From sequence record SRR2962707_1393: a stretch of DNA of 64,000 nucleotides. One strand, 5' to 3'. Every line of letters begins with the position of its first letter. Positions within the stretch are counted from its first letter, which is position 1. The notes beneath the pieces are model-generated. The model ran no database searches, was not told where the DNA came from, and was given only the letters and a program-made list of their open reading frames with translations. Made by a program: the position numbers and the translations under genes. This document shows, piece by piece, positions 19,670-29,348 of the stretch.

Positions 19670-21070
19670 CTATGACATGGGAAATGACAACACAACGCGC
19701 AGACCAGGTTTTGCATCTTCAAGACGTACCGAGCCTTTATGCAGCTTCACGACTGCTGCAACCAGACTAAGGCCTAGCCCTGAGCCAGTTTCACTGCGGC
19801 TTTCATCCAGGCGGACAAAACGCTCAAACACGCGCTTACGGTCTTCTTGCGGAATGCCTTCGCCATTGTCCTCAACGGCAATTTCAATGTGCTTTGCGTC
19901 TTCGGTCTGCTTGCCGGAAATTTTGATATGGGCATTTTCGCTAGAACCATATTTGATCGCATTGTCGATTAAATTGGTCAGCGCTTGGCCAATTAATTCG
20001 CGGTTACCGGCAATAACCAAATTGCTGGCAATATTTGTTTCAAGCTTGCCGCCAGTATCTTCAACGACCGGCTCATAAAGCTCGGCTAGATCGGCTGCGA
20101 TCTCCGACAGCTTAATCATTTCAGGACTGTGTTTGGTATAGCCTGCCTCGACGCGGGAAATCAGCAACATTGCGTTGAAAATACGAATGAGCTGATCGGA
20201 TTCGCCAATCATATCACTTAACGCTTGGCGCAGTTCATCTTCACTTTTTCCGCTGCGAAGCGCGGCATCAGCTATGTTGCGTAGCCGTGTTAGCGGTGTT
20301 TTTAGATCATGCGCGATGCTGTCTGATACTTGGCGCAAGCCTGAATTGAGCATTTCAATGCGGTCGAGCATTTGGTTTAGACTAACCGACAGGCGATCAA
20401 ACTCATCATTTGACGTGGTGATAGGCAAGCGTTCGCTTAAGTCTCCAGCGGCAATGCGCGCGCTGGCATCGGACACATTGTCGATCCGCTTAAGCGCGCG
20501 GCGTCCAACAAATATCCAGATGAGCAAGCCGCCAAGGGCCATTATGCTCAGCGCAATGCCAAGCGAACGGCGCACGATTGACCGCAGGCGTTCTGGTTCC
20601 GTTAAATCGCGGCCAATGAGAATGCGAAGCCCGTTATCGAAAACAAATATTTGGCCAATGGCTTTAGGCCCTTCCGGGTCATTAATATTCGCCTCTTCAT
20701 CCCCAATGCGGGTGTAGCGGAATGGCTTTTCGCTCCATCCGTCACCGTTCATGACGCCGTCTTCAATAGCGGCGATATTGCCTGCCAAAATCCGTTTTTG
20801 AACATCCATGATGAGGTAGACAGATGCGCCTGGCCTGCGCGAACGCTTATCAATATCGCGCACCAGCGCACGTAAACCGCCGCGGGCATAGGTACGGTCT
20901 AAAGCTGATAGCTCTTCCTGCAAACGCGCCTGCGTTTGATTAACGAGGAAGCCACCAGCCAAATGGGTGATGTAAAAAACCAGAAAGAGCGCACAAATGA
21001 GAAACAGGATGAGATAGAGCGCAGACAATCTTGCTGCGGTTGTCTTCATCATAGCAGAAAAACGGGCCAT
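19670..21070 (-). CDS. HAMP-domain sensor histidine kinase (degP-associated two-component system)
   Basis: 2 TM, HAMP, SIAHDLKTPLTRL H-box, NLIDNAIKY, GSGLGL. Confidence 0.9.
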   Translation of the reverse strand: MARFSAMMKTTAARLSALYLILFLICALFLVFYITHLAGGFLVNQTQARLQEELSALDRTYARGGLRALVRDIDKRSRRPGASVYLIMDVQKRILAGNIAAIEDGVMNGDGWSEKPFRYTRIGDEEANINDPEGPKAIGQIFVFDNGLRILIGRDLTEPERLRSIVRRSLGIALSIMALGGLLIWIFVGRRALKRIDNVSDASARIAAGDLSERLPITTSNDEFDRLSVSLNQMLDRIEMLNSGLRQVSDSIAHDLKTPLTRLRNIADAALRSGKSEDELRQALSDMIGESDQLIRIFNAMLLISRVEAGYTKHSPEMIKLSEIAADLAELYEPVVEDTGGKLETNIASNLVIAGNRELIGQALTNLIDNAIKYGSSENAHIKISGKQTEDAKHIEIAVEDNGEGIPQEDRKRVFERFVRLDESRSETGSGLGLSLVAAVVKLHKGSVRLEDAKPGLRVVLSFPMS

Positions 21071-21074
21071 CGCG

Positions 21075-21752
21075 TTAGGCTCGCATCACATAGCCCGCGC
21101 CGCGGATCGTGTGCAATAAAGGCTTATCAAAGCCCTTTTCAATTTTGCTGCGCAAACGCGAAATATGGACATCAATGACATTGGTCTGAGGATCAAAATG
21201 ATAATCCCACACATTTTCTAAAAGCATTGTGCGGGTTACAACCTGACCGGCATTGCGCATCAAATATTCAAGCAAGCGAAATTCACGAGGCTGCAAAAGA
21301 ATGGTTTCTTCGCCGCGTTTAACTTCGCGCGACAGCCGGTCAAGCACTAGATCACCAACTTGATAATGCGATTGGCTATCAGGCGTGCCGCCGCGGCGTA
21401 CCAACGCCTCAAGGCGAGCGAGCAATTCTGTGAAAGCGAAAGGTTTGGTAAGGTAATCATCGCCGCCTGCCCGCAAGCCGGTTACACGGTCGTCCACTTC
21501 GCCAAGCGCTGAAATAATCAAAGCGGGTGTGTGGTCACCGTTTTCGCGTAATTCGCCAATGACCGAAAGGCCATCGCGTTTAGGCATCATGCGATCAACG
21601 ATCAGGGCATCATATCCGCCATGATCGGCAAGCGCAAAGCCGTCGATACCGTTATGGGCCATATCCGCTGTATGGCCTGACTCATTGAGCGCGTTTTTCA
21701 AATATTTCGCCGCTTCAACGTCATCTTCGATAATTAAAAATTTCATACTCAT
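21075..21752 (-). CDS. OmpR-family response regulator
   Basis: IIEDD...VDRMMP...DDYLTKPF receiver domain; winged helix TNVIDVHISRLRSK, TIRGAGY; start could also be 21746. Confidence 0.92.
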   Translation of the reverse strand: MSMKFLIIEDDVEAAKYLKNALNESGHTADMAHNGIDGFALADHGGYDALIVDRMMPKRDGLSVIGELRENGDHTPALIISALGEVDDRVTGLRAGGDDYLTKPFAFTELLARLEALVRRGGTPDSQSHYQVGDLVLDRLSREVKRGEETILLQPREFRLLEYLMRNAGQVVTRTMLLENVWDYHFDPQTNVIDVHISRLRSKIEKGFDKPLLHTIRGAGYVMRA

Positions 21753-21782
21753 TTGTATCAACCTCTGCTCTGACTTGAAAGC

Positions 21783-21825
21783 AAAAAAGGCGGCAACGGA
21801 TCAGAGGGGGAAGTCCGTTACCGCC
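21783..21825 (-). terminator. Intrinsic terminator in the degP 3' region with a C-rich loop
   Basis: Minus strand GGCGGTAACGGA-CTTCCCCCTCTGA-TCCGTTGCCGCC-TTTTTT; the stem closes with a G-U pair only on the minus strand. Confidence 0.8.
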
Positions 21826-21881
21826 GGGGGTCATGACCGATGGGATGACATGGTTATTCACCGGTCAAGATGTGTGTATTC

Positions 21882-23360
21882 TTAGCCAATTGGCACGGCA
21901 ACGAAGCGGCTACGATCTTCATTTTGTAGCAACATCAATGCAGCTTTACGGCCATCTTTTTTGACTTCGCCAAGGCGTTTTTCAACATCAGCTGCTGTTG
22001 CAACTTTTGCATTGTTAACCTCGGAGATAATGTCGCCAGGTTGAAGGCCAGCATCTGCTGCATCAGAACCTGGTTCCACTGCGGTGACTAAAATGCCGTC
22101 GCCACGATCATTTGGCGTTACTGTAATACCCAAGCCCTCAAGCGCTGTTGGCTCTGACGAGTTGGTTTGTTTTGCAGCTGCGACTTTGTCATTTGGCAGT
22201 TCGCCCAATTTCACAGAGACGTTTTCTGACTTGCCATTGCGCATCAAAGTCACGTCAATTTTTGTGCCTGGGTTGAAATCAGCGATCTTGCGAGACAGGT
22301 CACGCGGATCCTTGATATCTTCACCGTTCACTTGCGTGATGATGTCACCTGACTTGATCCCAGCAAGCTGCGCCGGTGCGCCTTCTTGTGGATCGGCAAC
22401 CAATGCACCGGCTGACTGTTTAAGGCCAAGCGATTCAGCGATATCATCTGTTACCGGCTGAATAGCAACACCGAGCCAACCGCGCTGAACTGTGCCGTCT
22501 TTCATTAAGTCAGTCACGACTTCATTGGCAAGTGATGCTGGGATAGCAAATGCTACGCCGACATTGCCGCCAGATGGCGAGTAAATCGCTGTGTTAATGC
22601 CAACAACTTCACCCTGAAGGTTAAATGTTGGACCGCCAGAGTTGCCGTGGTTTACCGCGGCGTCGATCTGCAAATAATCGTCGTAAGGGCCAGAGCCAAT
22701 ATCACGGCCACGCGCTGACAAGATACCAGCGGTTACTGTGCCGCCAAGACCAAATGGGTTACCAACTGCCACAACCCAATCACCAACGCGGATGTCGCTG
22801 TCATTGGCAAACTGAACATAAGTGAAGTCACGATCAGCATCGACCTTCATAACGGCCAAGTCTGTGCGGTCGTCAGTGCCGATCAATTTCGCGTCAAGTT
22901 CTGTGCCATCATTAAGAACAACGGTATATTCTGTACCGTCTTTAACAACATGGTTGTTGGTGACCAGATAGCCGTCTTTTGAGATGAAGAAGCCAGAACC
23001 TTGCGCGACTGGACGTGCGCGCTGCAATGGCGCTTGATTGTTGTTATCGGGTTGGCGCTGCCTAAATTGCGGCATTTGATCACCGAAGAAGCGGCGCATT
23101 TGTTCTTCAAACTGGTCAGGCCCCATTTGGAAGCTGCCATTATCAGAAACCGGTCGTACGTTCGATTTTACGCGAACAGAAACAACAGCTGGTGAAACTG
23201 CCTGCACGACATCGGCGAAGCCGGGAACTGCTGGCGCTTGCAACTTAACTGCGTCCGCTAAAACTGGGCTTGTGGAAAGTGCTGTGAAGCCTGTGAAACC
23301 AGCTCCGACGACAGCCAATGCAAGAAATGTTTGGGAGAGACGTTTTGTAATCTTAGACAT
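21882..23360 (-). CDS. degP: Do/HtrA serine endopeptidase
   Basis: Signal peptide, catalytic triad motifs TNNHV, TDLAV, GNSGGP, two PDZ domains; start MSKITK at 23360 with GAGG RBS. Confidence 0.92.
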   Translation of the reverse strand: MSKITKRLSQTFLALAVVGAGFTGFTALSTSPVLADAVKLQAPAVPGFADVVQAVSPAVVSVRVKSNVRPVSDNGSFQMGPDQFEEQMRRFFGDQMPQFRQRQPDNNNQAPLQRARPVAQGSGFFISKDGYLVTNNHVVKDGTEYTVVLNDGTELDAKLIGTDDRTDLAVMKVDADRDFTYVQFANDSDIRVGDWVVAVGNPFGLGGTVTAGILSARGRDIGSGPYDDYLQIDAAVNHGNSGGPTFNLQGEVVGINTAIYSPSGGNVGVAFAIPASLANEVVTDLMKDGTVQRGWLGVAIQPVTDDIAESLGLKQSAGALVADPQEGAPAQLAGIKSGDIITQVNGEDIKDPRDLSRKIADFNPGTKIDVTLMRNGKSENVSVKLGELPNDKVAAAKQTNSSEPTALEGLGITVTPNDRGDGILVTAVEPGSDAADAGLQPGDIISEVNNAKVATAADVEKRLGEVKKDGRKAALMLLQNEDRSRFVAVPIG

Positions 23361-23530
23361 TGAAGATACCTCTAAAAATTTCACCCCATCGCTTGGGGTC
23401 CAGCATGGGCGGGTATATTCCCGTCGACATGCTACATTTCTAAAGGTCGTCACATTGCGCGAACATTACAGACGCATGAATTATCGGTAATGTAGCGGCC
23501 ACCATTCGGCCACATTCAAGGATACGCGAT

Positions 23531-24754
23531 TCAATCCTCGATGATCGTCACAATTTTTGCCTCATGCTCCAAAGTCCTATGAACTGGGCATTTGTTGGCG
23601 ATTTCTTCAATTTTGTCGGCAAGTTCCGGCGCTATCGGGCCTTCAATTGTGATGCGGCGTTCAAAACGGTCAATCTTGCCGGACTTGGCACGCACTTCTT
23701 CAGAGCACTCGAGACAATCTGACATGTGAATTTTTGAATGGCTCACATCAACTGTCACAGCACCTAATTCGATCTTCTTAAAATCAGCATACATGCGCAA
23801 TGTCATCGCGGTGCAAGCGCCCAGTGCCGCGCTTAGAAAGTCGTAGGGATTGGGGCCAGAATCGGTGCCGCCAGCAGATACAGGCTCATCGGCAAAGAAG
23901 CGATGTTTACCTGCTTGAACCGCATTTTGGAACTTGCTTTGGCCGGTTTCCTTTACGCGCACATGTTCAATCGCATCAGCGCCCTGCGGCTTATCTTCCG
24001 GCAGCAAGCGCGTTGCCCATGCTGAAATGATCTCGGACGCAAATTCTGCATCTTCTTCACGCGACAACATGTGATCGGCTTTATCGAGTGAAACGAATGA
24101 TTTTGGATGTTTGGCGGCTGTAAAAATGCGTGTCGCGTTATCTATCCCAACAACAGCATCTAGCGGTGAGTGCAGCACAAGCAGAGAAACGCGCAGTTTC
24201 GCGATCTGATCTGCAAGTTCAGTGTCACGGGCAGCTTGGATAAATTCTTTGCCGATTTTGAACTTGCGCCCGGCTAGGGAGACTTCGGCAACGCCTTCAC
24301 TTTCAATTTCTTCAATATGATCTTTGAACATATCCAGCACGTGTTCAGCGTCAGCTGGCGCGCCGATAGTAACGACACCTTTGACCTCAGGGATTTTACC
24401 CGCAGCTGCTAATACGGCAGCGCCGCCGAGCGAATGACCGATTAAGATGGTGGGTGCTTCATCATTCTCGCGCAAATGATCAGCAGCCTTTACCAAATCT
24501 TCGACATTGGAGGCAAAGCTCGTATTGCCAAATTCGCCCTCACTTGAGCCAAGGCCGGTAAAATCAAAGCGTAAGACAGCAACGCCCAACCGCGACAGAT
24601 TGGACGCAATGCGCCGAGCAGCAATGATATCTTTCGTACAGGTGAAACAATGGGCGAAAATGGCATAGCCACGGATGACGCCATCTGGCCGATCAAACCG
24701 CGCCGCTAATAGGTGACCATCAGAAGATTTGAATTCGCGTTTTTCTATAGCCAT
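23531..24754 (-). CDS. Alpha/beta hydrolase-OsmC fusion protein
   Basis: FAHCFTC, GHSLGG nucleophile elbow; C-terminal OsmC motifs ALGACTAMT...CPVHRTL. Confidence 0.88.
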   Translation of the reverse strand: MAIEKREFKSSDGHLLAARFDRPDGVIRGYAIFAHCFTCTKDIIAARRIASNLSRLGVAVLRFDFTGLGSSEGEFGNTSFASNVEDLVKAADHLRENDEAPTILIGHSLGGAAVLAAAGKIPEVKGVVTIGAPADAEHVLDMFKDHIEEIESEGVAEVSLAGRKFKIGKEFIQAARDTELADQIAKLRVSLLVLHSPLDAVVGIDNATRIFTAAKHPKSFVSLDKADHMLSREEDAEFASEIISAWATRLLPEDKPQGADAIEHVRVKETGQSKFQNAVQAGKHRFFADEPVSAGGTDSGPNPYDFLSAALGACTAMTLRMYADFKKIELGAVTVDVSHSKIHMSDCLECSEEVRAKSGKIDRFERRITIEGPIAPELADKIEEIANKCPVHRTLEHEAKIVTIIED

Positions 24755-24828
24755 GATGCTTCCCTCAGTTGAACTAAGCCATAGCCTATTATGGTTTCAA
24801 AGGCTCATAAACATTTCGCGACTGGAAT

Positions 24829-25296
24829 TTATTGCTGATCGTCGATCAGTTTTGCGAGTCTGGCTTCTTCTTCGGGAGAAAGAGCGCCCTCACCGGCCAA
24901 ACGGCGGCGTTGACGAGCAGCAAAGAAGCCAAAGCTACCGCCGATTAGCAACATGGCAATGGGCGTGCCCCATAGTGCTAGGTTTTTGAGCGAAAACTGC
25001 GGGCGCAACAGCACAAACTCGCCATAACGGGCAACGACATAGTCCATGACTTGCTCATCCGTGTCGCCTTTGGTGATCCGTTCGCGGACCAAGAGGCGCA
25101 AATCTTGCGCCAAATCTGCATTGGAATCGTCAATAGATTGATTTTGGCAAACAAGGCAACGAAGGTTCGCTGAAATAGCGCGTGCGCGTTGCTCAAGCGC
25201 TGGATCATCCAATTTTTCGCCTGGATTAACTGCAGCCGCCTGCCCCAAAGTCAGCAAGATCAAGCACAATGATAAGAAGATTGATCTTAATTTCAT
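24829..25296 (-). CDS. ccmH: Cytochrome c maturation protein CcmH/CycL
   Basis: LRCLVCQNQSIDDS and RYGEFVLLRP motifs. Confidence 0.92.
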   Translation of the reverse strand: MKLRSIFLSLCLILLTLGQAAAVNPGEKLDDPALEQRARAISANLRCLVCQNQSIDDSNADLAQDLRLLVRERITKGDTDEQVMDYVVARYGEFVLLRPQFSLKNLALWGTPIAMLLIGGSFGFFAARQRRRLAGEGALSPEEEARLAKLIDDQQ

Positions 25297-27293
25297 TCGG
25301 CTGGTTCCGCTGCTGCTTGTCGCTTTTCTTTTTTAGCGCGAGAGGCGGCCGGTGCACCGATGCGAAGACGGCGATCCGTAAGTGAAATCATGCCCGCAAA
25401 CGTCATGAAGAGAGCGCCAATCCATATCAATGTAATCATTGGTTTCCACCATAGACGCACAACGACTTGATCAGCGCCTTCAACTTTATCGCCAAGCGCA
25501 ATATAAAGCTGGCTGAACCAACGTGTCATAATACCAGCTTCAGTTGTTGGCATCTGCCGCGCGGTATAAAGGCGTTTTTCTGGTTTGATTTGGCCTAGAA
25601 ATTTGCCGTCCTTGGTGACCGATAAAGTCGCGCGGTCGAACACATAATTTGGGCCCTGCAGTGCCTCGATATTATCAAACTCGATGTGATAGCCAGCAAA
25701 ATCAATTTTATCGCCCACGCCCATGCGCAGCACATTTTCTGCTTGGAAAGTAGTCACCGCAACAATGCCAAGCGTTGTGATGCCAAGCCCTGCGTGGGCA
25801 AGCGCTGTTCCAAAGTTTGAACGCGGCAAACCTTTAAGACGAGCGAAAGCAACATTCCATTTGGCTTTTGGCAAACCAGCCTTAACCCATAGATCAGAGA
25901 TCGCACCAAAGATCAGCCACAGCGCAAGCGCCACGCCCAAGGCAGATAAGATCGGCGCTTTATAAATCACATAGGCAAAGATAAGCGCCACGACGAGCGC
26001 TAGGCCCGCGGCAATCCATAGACGTTCAAACGCACCATAAAGATTGCCCCGCTTCCATGCCAAAAACGGTCCAAAAGGAACAGCGAGCAATAGAGGGATC
26101 ATCAAAGGCGCAAATGTCAGATTAAAATAAGGTGCGCCAACTGAGATTTTCTCGCCAGTCACCGCTTCAAGAAAGAGCGGGTATAAAGTGCCGACAAACA
26201 CGGTCGCCGCTGCAGTTGTCAAAAATAGATTGTTGACGATCAGTGCGCCTTCACGAGAGACCGGATGAAACAGGCCGCCTGTGCGCAATGTGGATGCGCG
26301 CAGCGCAAAGAGAGCCAATGCACCGCCAATGAAAATTGCAAAAATACAAAGAATGAACATGCCGCGCGTCGGGTCATTGGCGAATGAGTGCACGGACGTT
26401 AAAACGCCTGAGCGCACCAAGAATGTACCAAGTAGCGAGAACGAGAATGCAAGAATGGCAAGTAAGATCGTCCACACTTTAAGCGCTTCACGTTTTTCCA
26501 TTACTAGAGCTGAATGGAGCAAAGCTGTGCCCATGAGCCAAGGCATGAAGGAAGCGTTTTCGACCGGATCCCAAAACCACCAACCGCCCCAACCAAGTTC
26601 GTAATAAGCCCAATAGGAACCCATCGCGATACCGGCTGTTAAAAACAGCCAAGCGGTCAATGTCCAAGGGCGCACCCAGCGCGCCCAAGCGGCATCAATG
26701 CGCCCTTCAATAAGCGCAGTAACGGCAAATGAGAAGCAGATGGAAAAGCCAACATAGCCCAAATAAAGCAGTGGCGGGTGGATCGCCAAACCAATATCTT
26801 GAAGAATAGGATTAAGATCTTGGCCTTCAAATGGCGCCGGTACAAGGCGAATAAATGGATTGGACGTAAGGATAATGAACGCAGTGAAGGCGACAACGAT
26901 AGAGCCTTGCGTCGCTAATACGCCGGCCTTGAGTCTTGTTGGCAAATTGGCACCAAAGACAGCGACCAAAGCGCTGAAAAGCGAGAGAATAAGAACCCAT
27001 AAAAGCATTGAGCCTTCATGGTTTCCCCAAACGCCGGTTATTTTATAAAGCAGAGGCTTTGCTGAGTGGGAGTTCTCCCAAACATTTTTGACTGAAAAAT
27101 CTGATGTCACATAAGCCCAAGTCAACGCGCCAAAAGACAATGCTAACAAAGCAAATACAATGACAGACAGTGACGGTGCGACCGACAGTAAGCGGCGATC
27201 ATGGGTGTATAGCCCCGCATAGGGTACAGCCGTTTGGGCAATCGCCATCGCAAAGGCGAGGACTAAAGTGTAATGACCAAGTTCAACAATCAT
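25293..27293 (-). CDS. ccmF: Heme lyase CcmF/CycK
   Basis: WGGWWFWDPVENAS WWD motif, HPPLLY; start MIVELGH at 27293 (ATGA overlap). Confidence 0.95.
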   Translation of the reverse strand: MIVELGHYTLVLAFAMAIAQTAVPYAGLYTHDRRLLSVAPSLSVIVFALLALSFGALTWAYVTSDFSVKNVWENSHSAKPLLYKITGVWGNHEGSMLLWVLILSLFSALVAVFGANLPTRLKAGVLATQGSIVVAFTAFIILTSNPFIRLVPAPFEGQDLNPILQDIGLAIHPPLLYLGYVGFSICFSFAVTALIEGRIDAAWARWVRPWTLTAWLFLTAGIAMGSYWAYYELGWGGWWFWDPVENASFMPWLMGTALLHSALVMEKREALKVWTILLAILAFSFSLLGTFLVRSGVLTSVHSFANDPTRGMFILCIFAIFIGGALALFALRASTLRTGGLFHPVSREGALIVNNLFLTTAAATVFVGTLYPLFLEAVTGEKISVGAPYFNLTFAPLMIPLLLAVPFGPFLAWKRGNLYGAFERLWIAAGLALVVALIFAYVIYKAPILSALGVALALWLIFGAISDLWVKAGLPKAKWNVAFARLKGLPRSNFGTALAHAGLGITTLGIVAVTTFQAENVLRMGVGDKIDFAGYHIEFDNIEALQGPNYVFDRATLSVTKDGKFLGQIKPEKRLYTARQMPTTEAGIMTRWFSQLYIALGDKVEGADQVVVRLWWKPMITLIWIGALFMTFAGMISLTDRRLRIGAPAASRAKKEKRQAAAEPAE

Positions 27294-27730
27294 TTCTCGT
27301 CGCCCTTCCAATAGCCCTGTTCTTTCAAACGGTCGGCAACTTCCTTGGGCATATAATTTTCATCGTGCTTGGCAAGAACTGTGTCAGCTATAAAAGTGTG
27401 ATCGTCAGCCAATGTACCTTCGGCGACAACACCCTGCCCTTCGCGAAACAAATCCGGCAAAATGCCCACATAAGTTACTTTGATAGACTCATTGGCATCT
27501 TTGATCGCGAATATGACCTGCTTGCCTTGGCTGGAATCAACGGAACCATCAACAACAAGTCCGCCAAGGCGAACACGGCCAACTTCTGCAGGTGATAGGC
27601 CGACGAGATCAGTTGGCGTGCGGAAGAATGTGACCTGTTCGCTAAGTGCTGACAGCACCAATGTGGCCGCGAGCGCAAGCACCGCAAGCGCACCGAATAT
27701 AACGATAGAGCGTTTTTGCTTGCGGGTCAT
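27290..27730 (-). CDS. ccmE: Heme chaperone CcmE/CycJ
   Basis: LPDLFREGQG and LAKHDENY heme-binding motifs. Confidence 0.95.
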   Translation of the reverse strand: MTRKQKRSIVIFGALAVLALAATLVLSALSEQVTFFRTPTDLVGLSPAEVGRVRLGGLVVDGSVDSSQGKQVIFAIKDANESIKVTYVGILPDLFREGQGVVAEGTLADDHTFIADTVLAKHDENYMPKEVADRLKEQGYWKGDEK

Positions 27731-28767
27731 TGAGCCGGAACATCCTCTAGTGTTAGTCCTTGAGCACTTGCAAATTCTTTGATGGACGCAAGACTGCCTG
27801 CATCATCCTTGTAGGCTTCGAGCGCATCCATTGCTGCTTTTTGTGCCGCATCTGTTTGACCCAAAACAAGCCGCGCACGGATTAGCTTTTGCCATTCTTC
27901 AACAGAACCACCCTCTTGCGACAGGCGCGCATCCAATCCTTCAACCATACCATTAATCATGGTCTTTTGCTCGTCAGAAAATGCAGGTGTTTCAGCTTGC
28001 TGCGGGTTTGTGTTCAAAGAAAGATAATAACGCGCCCGCTCATCTGTTGGATCAATGGCTAGCGCATCATTAAATAGCTTTTCAGCATCGGCGGTCACGC
28101 GGCCATTGTTAATCGCCACCATGACTTCGCCCAATCCGCCAAGACGTTTAGCGTTTGGTCCCAAAGCACTGAGTGCGTTGGAAAATGCGAGTTTGGATTT
28201 ATCATATTGCTGAAGGCGGAAATAGATCGGCGCAAGCACGTCCCAGCCGCGTCCATCATTTGGATTGGCCTGCAAATGCTCTTCGGCCCGCTTGACCAGT
28301 TGCAATAGCTCGCCTTGCTTTTCAGCAATGGCTGCCTGCTCGGTTTTCTGCGCCTCAATACGGGCGGACAATGGCTGCGATGGAAATTCAGGCGAGCCGA
28401 GTGTCGTATATACAAAAAAGGATATTACCGGCACAATTACCAATGCTGTTGCACTGAGAAAAACAATGCCAAAGCGATTAGCACGTAGTTTAGACGAGGT
28501 ATCGGCGAGGTTATCGCGGCGGTCTTCGGCAGCGAACATGCGCCGCGCTATTTCAGAGCGGGCCTGCTTTGCATCGGCATCAGCAATTGCACCACTTTTT
28601 AGTTCAGCGACAAGCTCATCGATTTGATCTTTATAAACAGCGACATCATGACCAAGATCGTTACCTTCGGCGTTATCGAGCAAACCGTTTTTCGCCCGAA
28701 ACGCTGGATAAAATGCCGCCAGCAAAGCAGCTGCCGTTATTAAAATAGTGGAAATCCAAAACATCAT
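27727..28767 (-). CDS. ccmI: Cytochrome c maturation protein CcmI/CycH (TPR)
   Basis: DVAVYKDQ, EIARR, LGSPEFPSQPL, NPNDGRGW TPR; first gene of cycHJKL. Confidence 0.88.
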   Translation of the reverse strand: MMFWISTILITAAALLAAFYPAFRAKNGLLDNAEGNDLGHDVAVYKDQIDELVAELKSGAIADADAKQARSEIARRMFAAEDRRDNLADTSSKLRANRFGIVFLSATALVIVPVISFFVYTTLGSPEFPSQPLSARIEAQKTEQAAIAEKQGELLQLVKRAEEHLQANPNDGRGWDVLAPIYFRLQQYDKSKLAFSNALSALGPNAKRLGGLGEVMVAINNGRVTADAEKLFNDALAIDPTDERARYYLSLNTNPQQAETPAFSDEQKTMINGMVEGLDARLSQEGGSVEEWQKLIRARLVLGQTDAAQKAAMDALEAYKDDAGSLASIKEFASAQGLTLEDVPAQ

Positions 28768-28818
28768 TTCTGTCTGATATTCATTGTATCCGCGATTGCC
28801 AAGTATAATCGAATGGGT

Positions 28819-28833
28819 GCGACAATCACCCGC
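28819..28833 (-). promoter_or_regulatory. Candidate RegR/ActR/PrrA box upstream of cycH
   Basis: Minus strand GCGGG-TGATT-GTCGC, one mismatch from GCGGC-N5-GTCGC. Confidence 0.4.
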
Positions 28834-29289
28834 TTAGCTCAACAGTGACCAACTGCCATCTTCGTTGCGGCAAGCAGTCCCTTTGGCGGTTAATTCTACA
28901 CCGGATTTTGTCACCGTCTGCATATATTGGCGGCAGTCTTGAGAACCAACGCGGTAGGGTTGTGATGGGGTTATTTTACCCTGCAACTGCCGTGATTGCC
29001 ACGATACAGCTTCGCCCGGCGCAGTATATTCAAGCGCACGATATTCGCCCTGCAAGGCGGCGTTTAGATCATTTCTTGTTGGGTTTAAACCATCAATGCG
29101 CGCGATTAAGCCGCCTTCTAACGATGCAACTAACTTAGATGGTGCGGCAACGCCCTGCGTGCTCGAAATACTTGCGCTGCTCGGCAATGGGCCAAAGCCA
29201 GTCGTTGTGCAACCGCTGGCGGCCAGCGAAAGCAAAACGCTTAAGCCCACACAATGTCGTTTCAAATTTAGCACGCACGTAATCTCCAT
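28834..29289 (-). CDS. Surface-antigen-like lipoprotein (17 kDa antigen / RT0821-Lpp0805 type)
   Basis: Lipobox LAASGC; AVSW...CRQYMQTV...GTACRNEDGSW. Confidence 0.78.
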   Translation of the reverse strand: MEITCVLNLKRHCVGLSVLLSLAASGCTTTGFGPLPSSASISSTQGVAAPSKLVASLEGGLIARIDGLNPTRNDLNAALQGEYRALEYTAPGEAVSWQSRQLQGKITPSQPYRVGSQDCRQYMQTVTKSGVELTAKGTACRNEDGSWSLLS

Positions 29290-29348
29290 GATTGGAATTT
29301 AGTATAGCAGGTAACAGTTAAGACAAGATAGTTTTGGCGACAATAAGA

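Noticed and set aside
27960-28040. CcmI appears shorter between its TPR region and C-terminal domain
   Set aside because: The frame is intact, CcmI length varies naturally, and a deletion cannot be confirmed without alignment.
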